From Paraspadella gotoi (lineage: Eukaryota; Animalia; Chaetognatha): DNA of 64,000 nucleotides. Each line of letters starts with the position of its first letter. Position 1 is the first letter of the stretch. The DNA lies in assembly GCA_051294375.1 (NCBI GenBank), contig CM119264.1, positions 10,763,832 to 10,827,831 on the forward strand. The letters run 5' to 3'. A program made the translations under genes and the position numbers. Below, piece by piece: positions 13,569-27,615 of this stretch. The notes under the pieces are model-generated. The model was not told where the DNA came from and did not search any database. It worked only from the letters and a program-made list of their open reading frames with translations.

Positions 13569-15511
13569 CTTTAACACCACCCTTCCTAATCTTGTGAGAC
13601 TCACCATTTCTCCTTCTTGCTCTAACTTACCCTTTTACAGTATTTTACCTTCTCCTCCTAGACTCCTATTTTCTTCCCATCCCTCTTTTCCAAACTGCCA
13701 TCTGCCGACTACCATCTGCCCTTCTACGTTTACCACCCAAACAACCATTTCGCTCTACACCTACCACGTCATCCACCACCCATTTCCACACTACCAACCG
13801 ATCACCTCACTCCACCTTTCCCGACTACGAAGTCTCTACCACTCACCCCATTGCAACTTTCACTGTGCCACCCGTCCCTTTTATGTCATCCATCCTACAC
13901 ATTTATTTTTTTCATCTTATTTCAGGCACCCTGTCAATAGCTTCCGCAAGGACGGGTTGGAGGGGGGGGCTCGGTTTGCGTTCAACGGTTTAATCGAGGG
14001 AGTCTAGAAAAAAAAATCAGAGTCGGCTGCGGGTCCGATAGAGTTGCCGATTCTGGTGCCGGTTCCCGTGCTCACGCTGGTCCGGCTTCCCGTTGCGGTG
14101 ATCAAAGAAGCCGTTGACGTTCAACTTAAGCTTAGATTAAAGTGGTGGCGCATGGATTATATAGATTGACCTCGGCATTAAATTGCGTTTAATCTAAACC
14201 AATTTAATGCGCTTCCTCCATTGCTTTGCCATCCCCTGCTGCTCTTACTCCAATACTGCCTTTTCTTGTTATCTCCCACACTCGCTTGCTCTACTGCTCC
14301 ACTACCCTCTTCCGGTCTTCCTCTCGAACATCGCACATCCGGTCCACTACATATCCGGCTCCTCCACCCTACATCCGACGTGCTCCTCCATCACCTCTTC
14401 TCTTACCCCGGCACCCACCCCCCTTCTCCATCTCGTTTCTGACGAAAGACGTTTTTGAGATCTCATCTCCTCAGAGTATTTTTATTTCTCTTCCCTCTCC
14501 TTTTGCCATTTCGCCATTTTCCTTCCGGTTTGTTTTTCCTTTTTTTCATTTTTATACACCGTCCGTTCCTCTCCTCTCTCTCCTCCTCTCTCTCCCTCCC
14601 TCTCTCTCTTCTTCTCTCTCTCTCCTCTTCTCTTCTCTCCTCTCTCTCTCTCTCTCTTTGCCTCCGGATTTTGCCTTCCGGCTGTTTGGCTCCCAAATTT
14701 CGGCTTCAAAGTTCTTTGGCACCCGAGTTTTGGCTCTCACGTTTGGCTCCTAATTTTCTCTCTTAACATGAGCCGGGTCCATTGTGTCTCTTACGAGTTC
14801 CTTCGGATGGTTTGCTCAAAAATTAAAAATCAAAATGTAACTTTTACGCTCCGACATTTCGATATTCGAATCGCGCAAGTATTACGCGCTCAAAATCGCT
14901 CAGTAAGAACGGAGAGATAATGGACAGTTTTCACAGCCCTCGCCACTGTACCTGACTGTTCATTTTCTAACCACTAAATGTAACTAGTATTACCTACATA
15001 TTTTACATATCCTCAAATATCCACCACGTCTGGCCTCAAGGTTCGGTCCCCTCTTTTGAATTTTCGTTTAGAAAAAAAAAAGAAATAAAAAGTGGGAAAT
15101 CATTGAAAATTCCGTGAGTTTTGGTTCGGATTTGTGAGGGACCCGGATGAATAAGGAGAAAGTAAGGCATTTTTCCTCTGGTCATAAATTTTGGCCACAT
15201 TTTTTGAGGAAGAAGAAAGGATGGTAAGTGGAATCCCGGATCCTCAAAAGGGTTGGAGGTCTCAAGAGATCAGGTAAAGGAAAAGCGGATCTGAAAAGTG
15301 GGAAACGGAAAGAAATCTCGGTGCGATGTCAACGAATGAAGAAAAGGGGATGTCGGCGACAGTCAAGATGGGAAGCAATGAATGAAAATTGGAAAAGCTT
15401 GCAATGGCAAATGTGGATGGCATCGGAACATCTTTTTTTGGCCCCCTTGGCCGCAGCGGCGATCCAATGAAAGCCAGTTTAAAACGAGTTAGAGTCACAA
15501 AAAAAAAACTT
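13569..15511 (+). repeat. Copy B of the 1-1974 segment
   Basis: Near-identical to 1-1974 with scattered single-base deletions. Confidence 0.95.
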
Positions 15512-15566
15512 GGAACCACTCCGTCCCAGATTTCTCGACGTTATTGCCGACTCGTACCCTTTTTCA

Positions 15567-15634
<68 letters not shown>

Positions 15635-16195
15635 CAACTGTATGTCAGTGTGCCTCTCTTCCTACTTCCTTTTCCTTTTTCTAAAAACCAAAGTTTCCAA
15701 ATGCTCTTCAGCAATTTTTTATTCTTGTCTCCTTTTCGGTCTCTCTTACCAAATTCTGTACGCATAAACCGAAGAACGTAAGAATGTAAACAAAAACCTC
15801 AAAACTTTTCTGAACTTTCTTGTCTTAATACTTCTCTCTTTAAATAAGTTACAGAGTACGTGTGTTTTTTTTTAAATAACGGCTTTTTTTTGTTAAATGT
15901 TGATGAAACTGTGGTCGGCCCTCGATGCAAATCGCCGTCAAACAAAACTCCGGCGCCCATTTTGCTCCCAAAATGCGCATTCATTTCACGAGCGAAGAAT
16001 TCTAAGAAACCGCGTCACTAGGAACCATTTCAAGGAGAAAAAGTAAATAACCAGTTTGCGCAAACAATGACGACAAAGAATAGTAGAGAGGGTCATTCCG
16101 CACTGGCCTAATCCGAGAGACCCCGATATCCTTTGGCTGGCTGACTCTAAAAACAACACCACACGATAAAAAGAAACACGAGGAAAAACAAAGGA

Positions 16196-16311
<116 letters not shown>

Positions 16312-19300
16312 TTTCCGAATTCCTGCTTAAGTTTATTTACGTTCTAAAGTAAACATACCCGCGGTCGCCCTCTTGATAAAAAGATCCGAGAAGAAAATGA
16401 ATATCAAACAACGTGGCTCGTCGTCTTGGCAACCAGATATTGAGAAAATGTAGAGTGTGCGACGTCTTGAATTATTATAAACATTAATAATTTAAAAAAA
16501 ACTAGATATAGGAAATTGATAGATCAAGTCTTGTTTGGCTTTTTTTCTGCCTGATAGTATTTAAAATAAAGCAAAATACAAACACAACTTTTTGGTCCTC
16601 TAAAACTCTATGAATCACGTCGACTCTTTATGCGTTTTCCTTATCGTCAAGGTTCCCGGCAAGGTTCATGTTTGTTTTTTAGTTGTTGTTGTTGTTGTTG
16701 TCATTTTTACCATATACAGATTACCAGGTCCGCTGGCAATGTCAGTTTCAATCAAATGATAATCTCGAAGAGAGCTGTTCCTTTCGGCTCTATTGTCTTG
16801 GTTCGGATTCTTGCATTTTGGTTAAACTTGTCTTTCTTTCATTCTCTCCCTGTTTAATTTTTTTTTTTCTCTTCGCTTCCTCCTTTTTATTTTGCATTCC
16901 TGCTTACATCTCCCCTCATTTACTTTTGTATTCATTTGATTTAACACTTTCTTCACTTATGACTCCGTTCCTCTGCCATATAAATATTTATAACATTTTA
17001 ATTCCTTCGTTCTATGCTTTTCTTTCTATTTTTCCTTCTCTCCATCCTTGGTCTCCCTTTATTGCTAATCCCTTTGCTCCTTCTTGTTCCGATTTCCTCA
17101 CCCTTTTAGCCTCCCAATTCATTGGCTTGGGCGGGACTCGAAGAAAAATTAATGTTGCTTCTTTTTTCTCCTCAACTTTCTACCCCTCCCCCCTCTTCTC
17201 CCTTTTCTTTCCTTCAAACTTGGATTCTTTTCTCCCCTCATCATTTTCCATCTTCCCTTTCACCCATCATCTATTTTTCTTCACTTATTCGCTTGTTTAT
17301 CTTTTATTTGTCCTTATTTTCTCTTCGCCTTTTCTTTCCTTCCTGCCTCGTTTTCTTTTCTCCTTTCTCCTTCTTTTCTATCTTCCTCTTTCTACAGCCT
17401 CCGCCGTTGCTTTTCCTTTCTTTTCCTTTCTTTTCATATCGCATCCTTTATTCTCGCGATCTGGCGGCTTCGTCGGTCGCCCGGGGAAATAACAGGCGAG
17501 GCGCGGGCGCGTGCAGATTCGCGGTCCGCCTCCAGAAGCCACGCCCATAGCGCGCGAGTATCCTCACTAGTTTCACAAACGTCACGTGCGGATTGAGAAA
17601 TGGAAATGGGGAGATGGAAATGGTTTGGAGTGAGTTTGGATCGGGTAGGGTGACAAGCTCTCTCTCTCTCTCTCTCTATCATACTTCTCTCTCTCTTCCC
17701 TCTCTCTCTCTCTCTCTCTCTCTCCTTCTCTCTCTCTCTCTCGTGAGTCCCAACATTTTGGTGTCGAAAGGTCAAAAACGCAATAGGAATATTGTTGCCG
17801 TCGCTCTGCGGCGGTCGGTGAGCTTCAACGGCTTCGGCAGCGTCGGCGACTGCAGGGTGGCGCCGGAAGCATCGCCGCCTCTACGCCTCGTCGCGGCATT
17901 TCGTTTTTTTTATTCCGATTTAAAATTGTGAAAGATTTTGTGCCCGATTCCCACGTCTTGAACCGATGCGGGGTGAAGAAGTAGTGACGTCGATAACTAG
18001 NNNNNNNNNNNNNNNNNNNNNNNNNNNNNNNNNNNNNNNNNNNNNNNNNNNNNNNNNNNNNNNNNNNNNNNNNNNNNNNNNNNNNNNNNNNNNNNNTGAA
18101 AGATTTTGTGCCCGATTCCCACGTTTCTGAACCGATGCGGGTGAAGAAGTAGTGAACGTCGATAATAGAAAATGTAGAATGTAGTATCAATGAGAAAATT
18201 TAGTATCAATTCGGTTTCGGAATCTTAGATGGAGTAGCGCTTTCCAAGTAACGCTTTCTAGTATGCATTTTTNNNNNNNNNNNNNNNNNNNNNNNNNNNN
18301 NNNNNNNNNNNNNNNNNNNNNNNNNNNNNNNNNNNNNNNNNNNNNNNNNNNNNNNNNNNNNNNNNNNNNNNNNNNNNNNNNNNNNNNNNNNNNNNNNNNN
18401 NNNNNNNNNNNNNNNNNNNNNNNNNNNNNNNNNNNNNNNNNNNNNNNNNNNNNNNNNNNNNNNNNNNNNNNNNNNNNNNNNNNNNNNNNNNNNNNNNTTA
18501 TCCATCTCATTCTATTCCCGCCTCATCTTTACAAGAAACAAAAATAGGTTTGCGATTGGGTTTTGCTTCAAATGGTTTTTTTTTTACATCAGGTTTTGTT
18601 TTTCACGAGAATCGATAAAGCGAAAATAGTTTTCCCGCGCGACTCTGAAACGCGAGCATTGCTTTTTGAAAAAAAGGGAGTTTTCTTTTCCGAATTTCTC
18701 TCTCTCTCTCTCTCTCTCNNNNNNNNNNNNNNNNNNNNNNNNNNNNNNNNNNNNNNNNNNNNNNNNNNNNNNNNNNNNNNNNNNNNNNNNNNNNNNNNNN
18801 NNNNNNNNNNNNNNNNNNNNNNNNNNNNNNNNNNNNNNNNNNNNNNNNNNNNNNNNNNNNNNNNNNNNNNNNNNNGAAAACTCTCAAATGGTCGGCCTTC
18901 AATCATTCGTCGTTCACTTGACGGAAAAGACGACAACGAGGACAACGACGTCGACGACGACGACAATAACCGCCATCTCGCGCCGACAATGGAGACACAA
19001 CCAGTGACGAAGGCGATGACAAAAAGGGCGATAAAAGAGACGAAGCGACGTTCTCAAGAGTGGGCGTCGCTTTATGGGGCGGCGTCTCTCTCGGCGTCGG
19101 CGGCGTTGCAATCGCGTCGGAGCTGAATGTGGACATAGTTCAGGATCTAAAGAGTGTCGTCGAAGCGACTCTGTTCTCTCTCCCGACTTGAGGTGTAAGT
19201 GTTGAAATGTTCCATTGCATAGGATGTACCTGAGGGTGGGAGCAGCTTGGAGCTGATTTGTCAGTTGAGGTCTCCAGGGGTGTGTCTCCACACTCCACTC

Positions 19301-20037
19301 TCCTATTGAGGGTTTTGCCAAGGCTCGTAATTTAAGGCGACGTCAGACGATTCCGTGAAATACCGTCGAACAAACGACGACTACGACTACGACTACGAAG
19401 ACGACGACGACGGCGATGAAGTACCATCGAATCGACGATCGTGAATTTTCTTGAGACGGAGATCAACTGCTCAAGGAAAGTCGTCCATTCTGGGGCGACG
19501 ACGATGGAGAGGACGAAGTTGACGACAACGATCGACGACGACAACGACAACGACGACGACTAGAACTTTAAAAAAAAAGGACACTAAGTCAGAAACGATG
19601 ACAAAGATCGCGAAAACATTACCATGGCAAAGACAAAGAAAACTATCAACAGTATCGGTATAACATCTCGTACCGAAACCGAAGACGACTAGACACTGAT
19701 GAAAGTGACAAAGATTCGAGAAATCCGCATCGATGCCGACAAAGACGACGACGATGACCAGGACTCTGACGGCTTCGGGCGAAATTGCCGGTTGTTAAAA
19801 ATGATGATGGGCGGATTTGAAGAGCTCGATTCAGGATTCTGAATTNNNNNNNNNNNNNNNNNNNNNNNNNNNNNNNNNNNNNNNNNNNNNNNNNNNNNNN
19901 NNNNNNNNNNNNNNNNNNNNNNNNNNNNNNNNNNNNNNNNNNNNNNNNNNNNNNNNNNNNNNNNNNNNNNNNNNNNNNNNNNNNNNNNNNNNNNNNNNNN
20001 NNNNNNNNNNNNNNNNNNNNNNNNNNNNNNNNNNNNN

Positions 20038-22430
20038 AATGAACGCAAAATCTGCAGACGAAAAACTCAGGATTGATTTGATTTTGATTCCTGCCGCGAT
20101 TAATATCCGGATCATTGGCGCGAAGGACGTAATTTACCCCATGTGAGAACTTGCGGTGACGTCGACAAAATTCATATGTTCTGTTGAATTTTCTTTTTTC
20201 GAATCTGCCTGTGAGGCTTTAATCTGGGCAAGAATTTAGCCCGTTTCGATTCAAATGCAAGGATCTACATGTAAATACTGACCGTTTCCGTTGACTTTGT
20301 TCGAAGTATCCACTTACGAGATGGACTAATCCTACCAATCAGCGAGTCCAGTCCAAGTCATTCAGCGGAAAACTCCCAAATTCACTTGTGACGCTCAACA
20401 GTGACATCATCGGCGCGGCCTCACCTTCCGTGATCGTGCGCCAACGGGTGATTAAGTTCAAAACGTCGGATTTATTCGAAAATCCTCGAAGGCAAATTTC
20501 TGCATAAGTGATTTAAATCGTTTGAAACTGAGGCTGATAAAGGGAAAGGAGTGAGGCGGTTTTCTCTCCGGGAGTCGACGGAGCACCGTGAATATAAACA
20601 TTTCTTCTCTCTCTCTATCTCAATCTCTCTCTCTCTCGTCTCTCTCTCTCTCTCTCTCTCTCTTCCTCTCTCTCTCTGCTTTCTCTCGTCTGCTCTCTCT
20701 CTCGGCTTTTGCTTTGCCCTTTTTGTCTTTCCTGAAATTGCTTCATTACATTCGCTTTGATTCTGCTTCTCAAATTGGAATTCAACAATCGATCTGCCAC
20801 TTTAACTGCCACTCAAAACCTGGAGGGAAATAAAGAAAGAAAGAAAGAATGAAAGAAAGAAAGAAAGAAGAAGAAAGAAAGAAAGAAAAGAAAGAAAGAA
20901 AGAAGAAAGAAGATAAGATAAAATAAAAGAGAAGAAAGAAAAAAAGAAAATGATAAAAAAGAAAGAAAGAAGAAATAAAGGATAAGAAAAAAAAGAACAA
21001 GAAACAAAGAAACAAAAAAACCAAGAAGAAAAACGTGTAATAAGCAAACTAAATTAATACAACTTTTATTAATAAAATTTCAATCTAAACACTAGCGAAT
21101 AAAAAGTTGTATACTACGCTCGATGGAAGACTCTGATTTAGGCGCTGTCCTCGGGTTGGATATGTATAAGGATTAGGCGCTGTCCTTGGGTTGGATATTG
21201 TAAAGGATTAGGCGCTGTCCTCGGGGTTGGAATATGTAAAGGATTTAAGGCGCTGTCCTCGGTTGGATATGTAAGGATAAGGCGCTGTCTCGGTTGGATA
21301 TGTAAAGGATTAAGGCCGCTCTCCTCAAGTGTGGATATGGTAAAGGATTAAGGCGCTGGTCCTTGGGTTGATATGTAAGGATTAAAGGGCCGCTGTCCTC
21401 AGGTTGGAATATGTAAAGGAATTAAGGCTGCTGTCCCCGGTTGGATATGTAGGATTAAGGGCTGTCCTCTGGTCGGATATGTAAAGGATTAGGCGCTGGT
21501 CCTCAGGTTGGATATGTAAAAGGATTAAGGCGCTGTCTGCCGGGTTGGATATGTAAGGATTAAGGCGCTGTTCTCGGTTGGATATGTAAAAGGATTAAGG
21601 CGCTGTCCACAAGGGGTTGGATATGTAAAGGATTAAGGCGCTGTCCTCAGAATGTAGATGAAACGAAGGTGCGTAATGAATGCAAGTTTGGAATTGGAGG
21701 AAAGGAAAAAAGAAAAGATCCTCTCCCGGATTTCGATTTTTCTTGAGTTGCTACGTTTTCGTTACTTTCCGCTGTTAACTCTTTATCCCTTTCCTTGTTC
21801 CCATTTCCTTCTCTTCCTTTGCTTCGTGTTTTTTTTTTGTTTTTTTGTTTTTTGTTTTTTGTTTTCTTACTTTCCGACTTTTACTTCCTCTTGAATTTCT
21901 AGTTTAACCCCATGTTCTCCTGGCCCTATAACCGCATAAAAATGAAAGCTGTTTTATTCGCTGCTCTTCGAAGCCTCTAGAAATTGTGATCTACCTGCCG
22001 CCAGATCCAAAGCTCTGAACTACAAAAACAAGCTGATTCCCTGTCTTCTTGAGGTCACTTTTATTAACTTACTTTTCTGCTCGTACATATTCTCTTACTC
22101 TATTACATTTCCGATTTTACTTTCCTTCTCATCCCCGTCTTTAATTTCCATTTTATTTCCTTTCTATACGTATATTTATTTTCTTGTTTAAACTTGCCTT
22201 TTCATTACCATTCCCTCTTTCTCTGCGATATTCGCTTCCACCGCGCGAAAGGGAGATCTTAACGAAGGTGCCTTTGAAGAAGTCACTCTCAATAATCGCC
22301 TCGGGGCTTCCAGCGATTTGATGGAGGAAAGAAAAGCAGTCAACCAAAGAACACGGATGCGATTGTTTTAAAGCTCAAGTATTTCTACTGGTATATCATC
22401 TTAAAATAAAAGCCTGACACAAATGGTGAT
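20038..22430 (+). repeat. ~2.4 kb segment duplicated in direct orientation at ~23510-25990
   Basis: Same sequence order in both copies. The middle part (~20400-21650 vs ~23920-25170) appears letter-for-letter identical, including minisatellite variants, while the flanks differ by indels. Confidence 0.92.
21136..21650 (+). repeat. Minisatellite, ~33-35 bp unit (GGATTAAGGCGCTGTCCTCGGGTTGGATATGTAAA), ~15-16 copies
   Basis: Head-to-tail units without spacers. Variation is mostly indels. Confidence 0.95.
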
Positions 22431-22431
22431 G

Positions 22432-23385
22432 TTATAATTTTTCTTATAATTTTTAAAATGCTCCTGATTGTTTTGCAGAACTACGAGCGTCTTTGATGAA
22501 AATTGAATAACTAAAAATAGGAAAAAAAATCATGTAACAATGGGATACAAAAAATTGATGATTACTGTGGCTAATTTGAGAACAAAGTCTGATCACCTGC
22601 GACAACAGGGAAGGATTTGAAGATAACTGGAAAGAAAAGGTTTTGGGGAGAAGGAATGGAACAAAAAAAGGGAGAACTCGACGGCGGGAAATGGCCAGGG
22701 AGATGGCAATGAAGGCGCAATGGAAATGGCAACGACGGGGCAGAGTTTGATAGATCCGAATGGATTTCGAATGAAGCTTCGCGCGAAAATTACCTGCTTA
22801 AGGATAAGAGTTGCTTGCGTTGATTCCCGCTCATTTTTAAAAGAATCAATACTATTGGCAAATAGAGTATTAAAAGGTAAAAAGAAGAAAAAATGAATAA
22901 AAAATAATGGATATGTCAACATTTGAAACCTGACGCTGAGTTGCGCGCGGCAGTCTCAGATTTACGGTGTAAATGTTAAAAGTCCAAATTCGATTTTAAG
23001 ATAACACAACTTCGGTTGCATAAGGATAGATTGACGCCTTTTCTCTTCGATATTTGATATCTGGTTTATGTTAAGAACAAGAACGATAATTCCATGTTCT
23101 ATTACGTGTATTTCTCGTCAAATGACTGACATGAATATGACATGACATGACCTTACATGACATGACTACCATACTTTCTTAAGCCCGTGTATTTATGACA
23201 CTTAGTGCATTCGGAAATCGTCTTTTATTCTTTAGTTTTAGGATTCGGCGCTAGGCAGTCCCTCAGATTGAGGTTTTTTCCTTTCTAAACAAATAAGCAA
23301 CCAACTATAAGCAATTATGAGGCATTTTTAACATAAGTGAGACAGACCGACGGACAGACTAGACCGAGTGACTGACAGACCTCTC
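22432..23385 (+). repeat. ~950 bp segment present as an inverted copy at 27616-28575
   Basis: GACAGACCGACGGACAGAC...CTGACAGACCTCTC (23341-23385) matches the reverse complement of 27616-27660. TTATAATTTTTCTTATAATTTTTAAAATGCTCC (22432) matches the reverse complement of ~28543-28575. Confidence 0.92.
23100..23285 (+). repeat. ~190 bp interspersed repeat with a (CATGA)n core; related copies at 60345-60545 and (inverted) 27718-27905
   Basis: Shared ACGTGTATTTCTCG...ACATGACATGAC...TTTATGACAC...CATCGGAA...TTTATTCTTTAGTTTTAGGATT...GCGCTAGCA.TCCCT.A.ATT..GA.GTTTTT. The 60 kb copy is diverged by substitutions, so this is a real dispersed repeat family. Confidence 0.7.
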
Positions 23386-23417
23386 TCTCTCTCTCACTCT
23401 CTCTCTCTCTCTCTCCT

Positions 23418-23470
<53 letters not shown>

Positions 23471-23509
23471 CTCTTTCTCTCTTTAATAACGAACAAGTTG
23501 CTGGCGTAA

Positions 23510-25990
23510 CCGAATGAAACGCTAAATATTTCCGCCAGACGGAAAAAACCATCAGGATTGATTTTTTGATTTTGGATTTCCTGCCGCGATTAATATCGCG
23601 ATCATTGGCCGCGCGTATGAATAGGACGTATTTTACTCCTCATGTGAGATACTTGTCGGTGGACGTCGACAAAAAAATTCATATGTTCGGTTGAATTTTC
23701 TTTTTTCGAATCTGCCTGTTGAGGCTTTAATCTGGGCAAGAATTTAGCTTCCGTTTCGATTCAATGAAGGATCTACATTGTAAATACTACTGACCGTTTC
23801 CGTTGACTTTGTTTCGAAGTATCCACTTAACAGAGGATGGACTAATTCCTACCAATCAGCGAGTCCAGTCCAAGTCATTCCAGCGGAAAACTTCCCAATT
23901 GCACTTGTGACGCCTCAAACAGTGACATCATCGGCGCGGCCTCACCTTCCGTGATCGTGCGCCAACGGGTGATTAAGTTCAAAACGTCGGATTTATTCGA
24001 AAATCCTCGAAGGCAAATTTCTGCATAAGTGATTTAAATCGTTTGAAACTGAGGCTGATAAAGGGAAAGGAGTGAGGCGGTTTTCTCTCCGGGAGTCGAC
24101 GGAGCACCGTGAATATAAACATTTCTTCTCTCTCTCTATCTCAATCTCTCTCTCTCTCGTCTCTCTCTCTCTCTCTCTCTCTCTTCCTCTCTCTCTCTGC
24201 TTTCTCTCGTCTGCTCTCTCTCTCGGCTTTTGCTTTGCCCTTTTTGTCTTTCCTGAAATTGCTTCATTACATTCGCTTTGATTCTGCTTCTCAAATTGGA
24301 ATTCAACAATCGATCTGCCACTTTAACTGCCACTCAAAACCTGGAGGGAAATAAAGAAAGAAAGAAAGAATGAAAGAAAGAAAGAAAGAAGAAGAAAGAA
24401 AGAAAGAAAAGAAAGAAAGAAAGAAGAAAGAAGATAAGATAAAATAAAAGAGAAGAAAGAAAAAAAGAAAATGATAAAAAAGAAAGAAAGAAGAAATAAA
24501 GGATAAGAAAAAAAAGAACAAGAAACAAAGAAACAAAAAAACCAAGAAGAAAAACGTGTAATAAGCAAACTAAATTAATACAACTTTTATTAATAAAATT
24601 TCAATCTAAACACTAGCGAATAAAAAGTTGTATACTACGCTCGATGGAAGACTCTGATTTAGGCGCTGTCCTCGGGTTGGATATGTATAAGGATTAGGCG
24701 CTGTCCTTGGGTTGGATATTGTAAAGGATTAGGCGCTGTCCTCGGGGTTGGAATATGTAAAGGATTTAAGGCGCTGTCCTCGGTTGGATATGTAAGGATA
24801 AGGCGCTGTCTCGGTTGGATATGTAAAGGATTAAGGCCGCTCTCCTCAAGTGTGGATATGGTAAAGGATTAAGGCGCTGGTCCTTGGGTTGATATGTAAG
24901 GATTAAAGGGCCGCTGTCCTCAGGTTGGAATATGTAAAGGAATTAAGGCTGCTGTCCCCGGTTGGATATGTAGGATTAAGGGCTGTCCTCTGGTCGGATA
25001 TGTAAAGGATTAGGCGCTGGTCCTCAGGTTGGATATGTAAAAGGATTAAGGCGCTGTCTGCCGGGTTGGATATGTAAGGATTAAGGCGCTGTTCTCGGTT
25101 GGATATGTAAAAGGATTAAGGCGCTGTCCACAAGGGGTTGGATATGTAAAGGATTAAGGCGCTGTCCTCAGAATGAGATGAATACTAAGGTGCAGGTATG
25201 AATGCAATTTGGAATTGAGGAAGAAGGAAAAAAGAAAAAGATTCTCTCCCCGGATTCGATTTTCTTGAGTTGTGCTACGTTTCGATTACTGTTCCGCTGT
25301 TACCATCTTTAATCCCTCCTTGTTCCCATTCCTTCTGCTTGCCTTTTGCTTCGTGTTTTTTTGTTTTTTTATTGTTTTTTTTGGTTTTTTGTTTTATTAC
25401 TTTCGACTTTACTTCCTCTTGATATTCAAGTTTCAGACCCCATGTCTCCTGGCCCTATAACCGCATAAAAATGAATAAGCTGTTTTATTCGCTGCTACTT
25501 CCGAAGCCTCTAGAATGTGATCTACCTGCCGCCAGATCCAAAGCTCTGAAACTACAAAAACAAGATGATTCCCTGCTTCTTAGAGTCACGTTTTAATTAC
25601 TACTTTTTCTGCTCGTACATATTCTCTTTACTCTAATAATTTCCGATTTTACTTTCCTTTCTCATCCTCGTCTTTAATTTCCATTTTATTTCCTTTCTAT
25701 ACGTAATTATTTTCTTTCTTGTTTAAACTTGCCTTTTTCATTACCATTCTCCTCTTTCTCTGACGATATTCGCTTGCCACCCTTAGCCGAAAAAGGGAGG
25801 ATCTTAAACGAAGGTTGGCCTTTTGTTAAAGAGTCACTCTTAATAATCGCCTCGGGCTCCAGCGATTGGGATGGAGGAAAGAAAAGGCAGTCAACCAAAG
25901 AAACACGGAATGAAGATTGTTTTAAAGCTCAAGTATTTCTACTGGTATATCATCTTAAAAATAATAAGCCTGACAAACAAATGGTGATGA
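23510..25990 (+). repeat. Second copy of 20038-22430, including the minisatellite at 24656-25170
   Basis: See 20038-22430. Ends shortly before the 25-N gap at 26162-26186. Confidence 0.92.
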
Positions 25991-26529
25991 CCGTGCAAAA
26001 AAGTGCTCATTTTTAAAAAAAAATTTCTCCTTCCTCTCGAACCCTCTTTATCGTTCCAATCCCGCTCACTCTTTCATCTCACTCCCTCTTTTCCTTCCCG
26101 AAATCTGCCCTACCCGCCCCCCCCCGGAGTATCTTTACTCTGTACGAAACTCTCTCCATACNNNNNNNNNNNNNNNNNNNNNNNNNGCCAACCATATTTC
26201 TCCCGCTTCATTTGACTTCCATCGACGATGAATAGAAAATCCGAAACCCGAGTTTCCGCGAATCTGAAAGTCGTGGAGAAATAAAAAGAAAAGAGAGATT
26301 TGTTGAAGGCCGAATCGAGGATTTGGCCGACGCCTCATCGCCAACGGGGCATTTGGAGTTTTCTTTTGTTTTCTGTTGTTGGGGGAGAAAAAAGGTATTT
26401 CTACAATCTACGTAGATACGAAAGGATTTTTAACGCTTAGTTTATTTAGTTATTTAGGCAAAATAACGTATTTCATTATAAAAGTAATTATTACTTTTTA
26501 CAAGAAACAACAAATGAATTTATGTTTTT

Positions 26530-26558
26530 AAAGAAAAAAAGAAAGAAAGAAAGAAAAA

Positions 26559-26634
<76 letters not shown>

Positions 26635-26660
26635 ACGAAAGAAAGAGAGAGAGAGAGAAT
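26530..26660. repeat. (AAAG)n microsatellite
   Basis: Direct reading. Confidence 0.95.
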
Positions 26661-27615
26661 ATTTTTCCCTATTAAGATAGACAAAAGGGAATCAATTGTT
26701 CTTGCCGTCGTCTCAGCTACAAAGAGAGACAGAGAGAAAATAGATATTCAAAAAAAGAATATTTAATGGGTCGAAGAATGAAAGAAACAATAAAAAGCGG
26801 ATAGAGGTTAAAAATGAGGGCAAAAAGTTAAATAAAACCGCAATCAAAACGTAAGGAAGGAAAAACCATCACCAATTGCTTTAAAAAAATAAAAAAAAGG
26901 AAAAGAAAAAACAGAAAAATGTGAAGGTAAGAAAAAAGAGAGAAAACTTATTGCAAAGATACAAGACAATAAATGTAAAGAATGGGATGGGATAAGAGAG
27001 AGATCGAAGCTCCGAGGTGAGGGGCAGAAAGTAAAAAGTAAAAAAAGGGGGAAACGCCGACGGTTAGATGTCGTCATTAGTCGTCGACGAAATCGACGCG
27101 ATATTCAAATCAGGCTCAATAACGACGAACATGACGTCAAACGACGACGACGACGACGACGAAGACGACGACAAAGACGACAACAGAGGGGACGACGGCG
27201 TTGGGGAAAAAAATCTAAATTCGCAAAAGATTGCGACATCGAACGTCGTCAAATGTCGCATAAGATTACGACGACGACGATGTAGACGAATATGTAGACG
27301 ACGACAACGACGACGACAAGGATTTCGACATTGAAATGTGGAAGGGCGTCCGTTTATCAAAGCGTGTACAACGAACAGTTCCGGTCGAAAGTCAAAATTT
27401 GGGGGGAAAAAGAAAAATCAACACAAGAGAGAAGAGAGAGAGAGGAGAGAGAGAGAGAGAGGAGAGAGTGAGAGAGAGANNNNNNNNNNNNNNNNNNNNN
27501 NNNNNNNNNNNNNNNNNNNNNNNNNNNNNNNNNNNNNNNNNNNNNNNNNNNNNNNNNNNNNNNNNNNNNNNNNNNNNNNNNNNNNNNNNNNNNNNNNNNN
27601 NNNNNNNNNNNNNNN

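Noticed and set aside
16683-17492. 269-aa hydrophobic ORF resembling a membrane protein
   Set aside because: Translation of a pyrimidine-rich low-complexity tract (F/S/L/P only), with a non-ATG start and no motif.
17927-18165. 70-bp direct repeat flanking an N gap
   Set aside because: Overlap of contig ends across a scaffold gap.
18880-19560. Asp/Thr/Arg-repeat ORFs (also 27068-27334, 28650-28960, 63565-63843)
   Set aside because: Products of the (GAC)n microsatellite that is common throughout the window.
21136-21650. ~33-bp repeats that might look like a CRISPR array (also 24656-25170)
   Set aside because: The units are head-to-tail with no unique spacers, there are no cas genes, and the context is eukaryotic. 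This is a minisatellite.
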